From Paramicrosporidium saccamoebae KSL3 (taxonomy: Eukaryota; Fungi; Cryptomycota): a DNA stretch of 7,541 bases. A program made the position numbers and the translations under genes. Each line of letters opens with the position of its first letter. Position 1 is the stretch's first letter. The notes below the pieces were generated by a model. It had not been told where the DNA came from, made no database searches, and was given only the letters and a program-made list of their open reading frames with translations. Where the stretch lies: contig MTSL01000170.1 of assembly GCA_002794465.1 (NCBI GenBank), forward strand, positions 14,213 through 21,753, read 5' to 3'. Positions 5,965-7,541 of this stretch are shown piece by piece.

Positions 5965-6196
5965 TTGTCTCCATTACTATGACTGCAGAGATGGAAAGCA
6001 TGGTGGCACTTGAGTATCCCAGTTGGCTACATCAAGCGATAAAAGCACTCTAATCCCAGCCGCACCCATAGGGAAATGTCGTGGTTCTGAAGAATTCGCT
6101 TAGTAAAGCTTGCAACAATATCGAGTTTAGCTAATCGGTGATTGCACACTCACTATTGTTATGTGCAGGGGCACTTTGGGAAATTAAAAGTCAGCC

Positions 6197-6676
6197 ATGT
6201 TTCTCCTCGCCCTCCTATCCTTCGCAAGTCTCGCTTGTGCAAGCCATCTGATAGCATTATTTGACACTACGGCGTGTGACACGCAGAATCTAAAAGTTGC
6301 TTCCCTCGTTGCGGGCCAGCGAATTCCCATCACAGAAGCTGTGACTAGCATTTTGGAGATTTTTCCAACAGAAAGGATGGAGAAAATAGGACCGTTGGAG
6401 GTGGTATTCACAAGACCTGTCGGGAAGCCATTGGTGACGGATCATTATGATTTCTTTTTATTTGTGCCGATCTATGAAAAACAGTGCAAGCTTCTGTCTA
6501 TGGAGAACATTACTGGGCATGCAGGAGTCACAGATTTTACTTATTATCCGTATAGTTTTACTGAAAAGACTGACACTACGCAAGCGCAGCTGGTGATCAC
6601 CATCCAACCCGCCATTGGCCTGTTTCATAGTCTCTCCGAGTTCTTGGAGACCCTCATGAGCCAGCAGCTCATCTAG
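6197..6676 (+). CDS. Secreted protein family member G5 (159 aa)
   Basis: Signal-like MFLLALLSFASLACAS; core VASLV...AVTSILEIFP.E....IGPLEVVFTRPVGKPL...YEKQC...TYY..SFTEKT.TTQAQLVITIQPAIGLFHSL. Confidence 0.9.
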   Translation: MFLLALLSFASLACASHLIALFDTTACDTQNLKVASLVAGQRIPITEAVTSILEIFPTERMEKIGPLEVVFTRPVGKPLVTDHYDFFLFVPIYEKQCKLLSMENITGHAGVTDFTYYPYSFTEKTDTTQAQLVITIQPAIGLFHSLSEFLETLMSQQLI

Positions 6677-6681
6677 AGTCT

Positions 6682-6687
6682 AATAAA
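6682..6687 (+). terminator. Putative polyadenylation signal AATAAA of G5
   Basis: Starts 6 nt after the stop. Confidence 0.45.
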
Positions 6688-6863
6688 ACGGCCAAGACTG
6701 AGCGAATAATACAACAGCTATAGTGGATTTATCCTCATAGAACAAAAGCTGCTGCGCGATGCCCTATCCAAATGAGGCAGTTTTATCAAAGAACCATGCA
6801 TCTCCGGCTAGGGTTACGGTTTCAAGGTACATTAAATTATAAGATTTCTTTGTTGCCTCGCTC

Positions 6864-7346
6864 ATGCTTCTCCTCCCACTTTTGTCATTTACAACTCTTG
6901 CCTGTGCATGTCTTTCCAAGTTAATGCAAACTGGGTCTCCAAGTAAGCAAGATGTAATTACGAAGAAGCAAGCAGTAAATGCCCCTCAAGTTTCGGACTC
7001 TCAATCGTCAATCCAGGCCCTCGTGGATAGCGTATTATTATCTAAACCAAAAGAAGTTCAAAAGGAACTGGGCCACATTTCTGTAAAAATGGTCAAGCCC
7101 CGAGGCGAGCCGGTTGCTATTGAAAATTTCAACGACGTCTTCGCTAAGGACGTTTTTGACTTGCAGTGCCAGTCAATGGGTCTGGAGGAGGGGGATTACC
7201 AAGGCCTCCTCATGGACCGCAGCTACTATCCAGTACAATATATTCCCAGATCCGAGTCCACAGAGGCTTGGCTTTTGGTTACTGAGCAATCCAAGATTAG
7301 CCAGTTATACAGTGTCACTGTATTCTTCGAGTCTGGTGCAATTTAG
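6864..7346 (+). CDS. Secreted protein family member G6 (160 aa, most divergent)
   Basis: Signal-like MLLLPLLSFTTLACA; core IQALVDSVLLSKPKEVQKELGHISV....PRGEPV...LQC...SYYP...R.....AWLLVTEQS......SV. Confidence 0.85.
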   Translation: MLLLPLLSFTTLACACLSKLMQTGSPSKQDVITKKQAVNAPQVSDSQSSIQALVDSVLLSKPKEVQKELGHISVKMVKPRGEPVAIENFNDVFAKDVFDLQCQSMGLEEGDYQGLLMDRSYYPVQYIPRSESTEAWLLVTEQSKISQLYSVTVFFESGAI

Positions 7347-7364
7347 ACGAGCACGCAGGGAGAG

Positions 7365-7370
7365 AATAAA
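7365..7370 (+). terminator. Putative polyadenylation signal AATAAA of G6
   Basis: Starts 19 nt after the stop. Confidence 0.5.
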
Positions 7371-7541
7371 ATGGTCAATGGTCTTTAACAAGAAGAATTG
7401 TGATTTAATAGTAATGAACAGAGATAGTCGCCAGCATTAAGAAATGGAAATTGCATCAGATATGGATGAGAGGGGCGGCTGCATCCGCTTGGGCAGTAAA
7501 GCAACCAACTCGCCAAAGACGCTTAGCCGACTCTCTTGGAT

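Noticed and set aside
4640-6068. CGCACCCA at similar distances upstream of G3 (4640) and G5 (6061)
   Set aside because: An isolated 8-mer; the surrounding sequence does not align, so it cannot be counted as support for the block duplication.
6184-6411. Antisense 75-aa ORF
   Set aside because: Shadow of G5.
7114-7440. 108-aa plus-strand ORF overlapping G6 in another frame
   Set aside because: Non-ATG start, mostly inside G6, runs through G6's AATAAA and lacks family motifs.
1-7541. CRISPR arrays, transposases, rRNA, prokaryotic operon signals
   Set aside because: No regularly spaced repeats or relevant motifs were seen; gene content is eukaryotic.

Overview
Eukaryotic, gene-dense, apparently intron-free DNA of a fungus-like (holomycotan) organism with a respiring mitochondrion. 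Left half: a 5'-truncated lipin/Pah1 phosphatidate phosphatase (3-1565), an unresolved ~800-nt gap with fragmentary open frames, and cytochrome c oxidase subunit Cox4/COX5B (2369-2776). Right half: a head-to-tail array of six paralogous, intronless genes (G1-G6, 149-187 aa), each with the same signal-peptide pattern and a shared core that I cannot assign to any known family; these are candidate secreted effectors. The array records its own expansion. A ~1.02-kb tandem duplication captured the 3' end of cox4, leaving relics at 3761-3796 and 4660-4687. A 98-nt upstream block is 97/98 identical between G1 and G2 while their proteins are only ~67% identical, and it contains a degenerate tRNA-like fold. 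G3-G6 alternate between two subtypes. All alignments and counts were done by eye; no database search was run.
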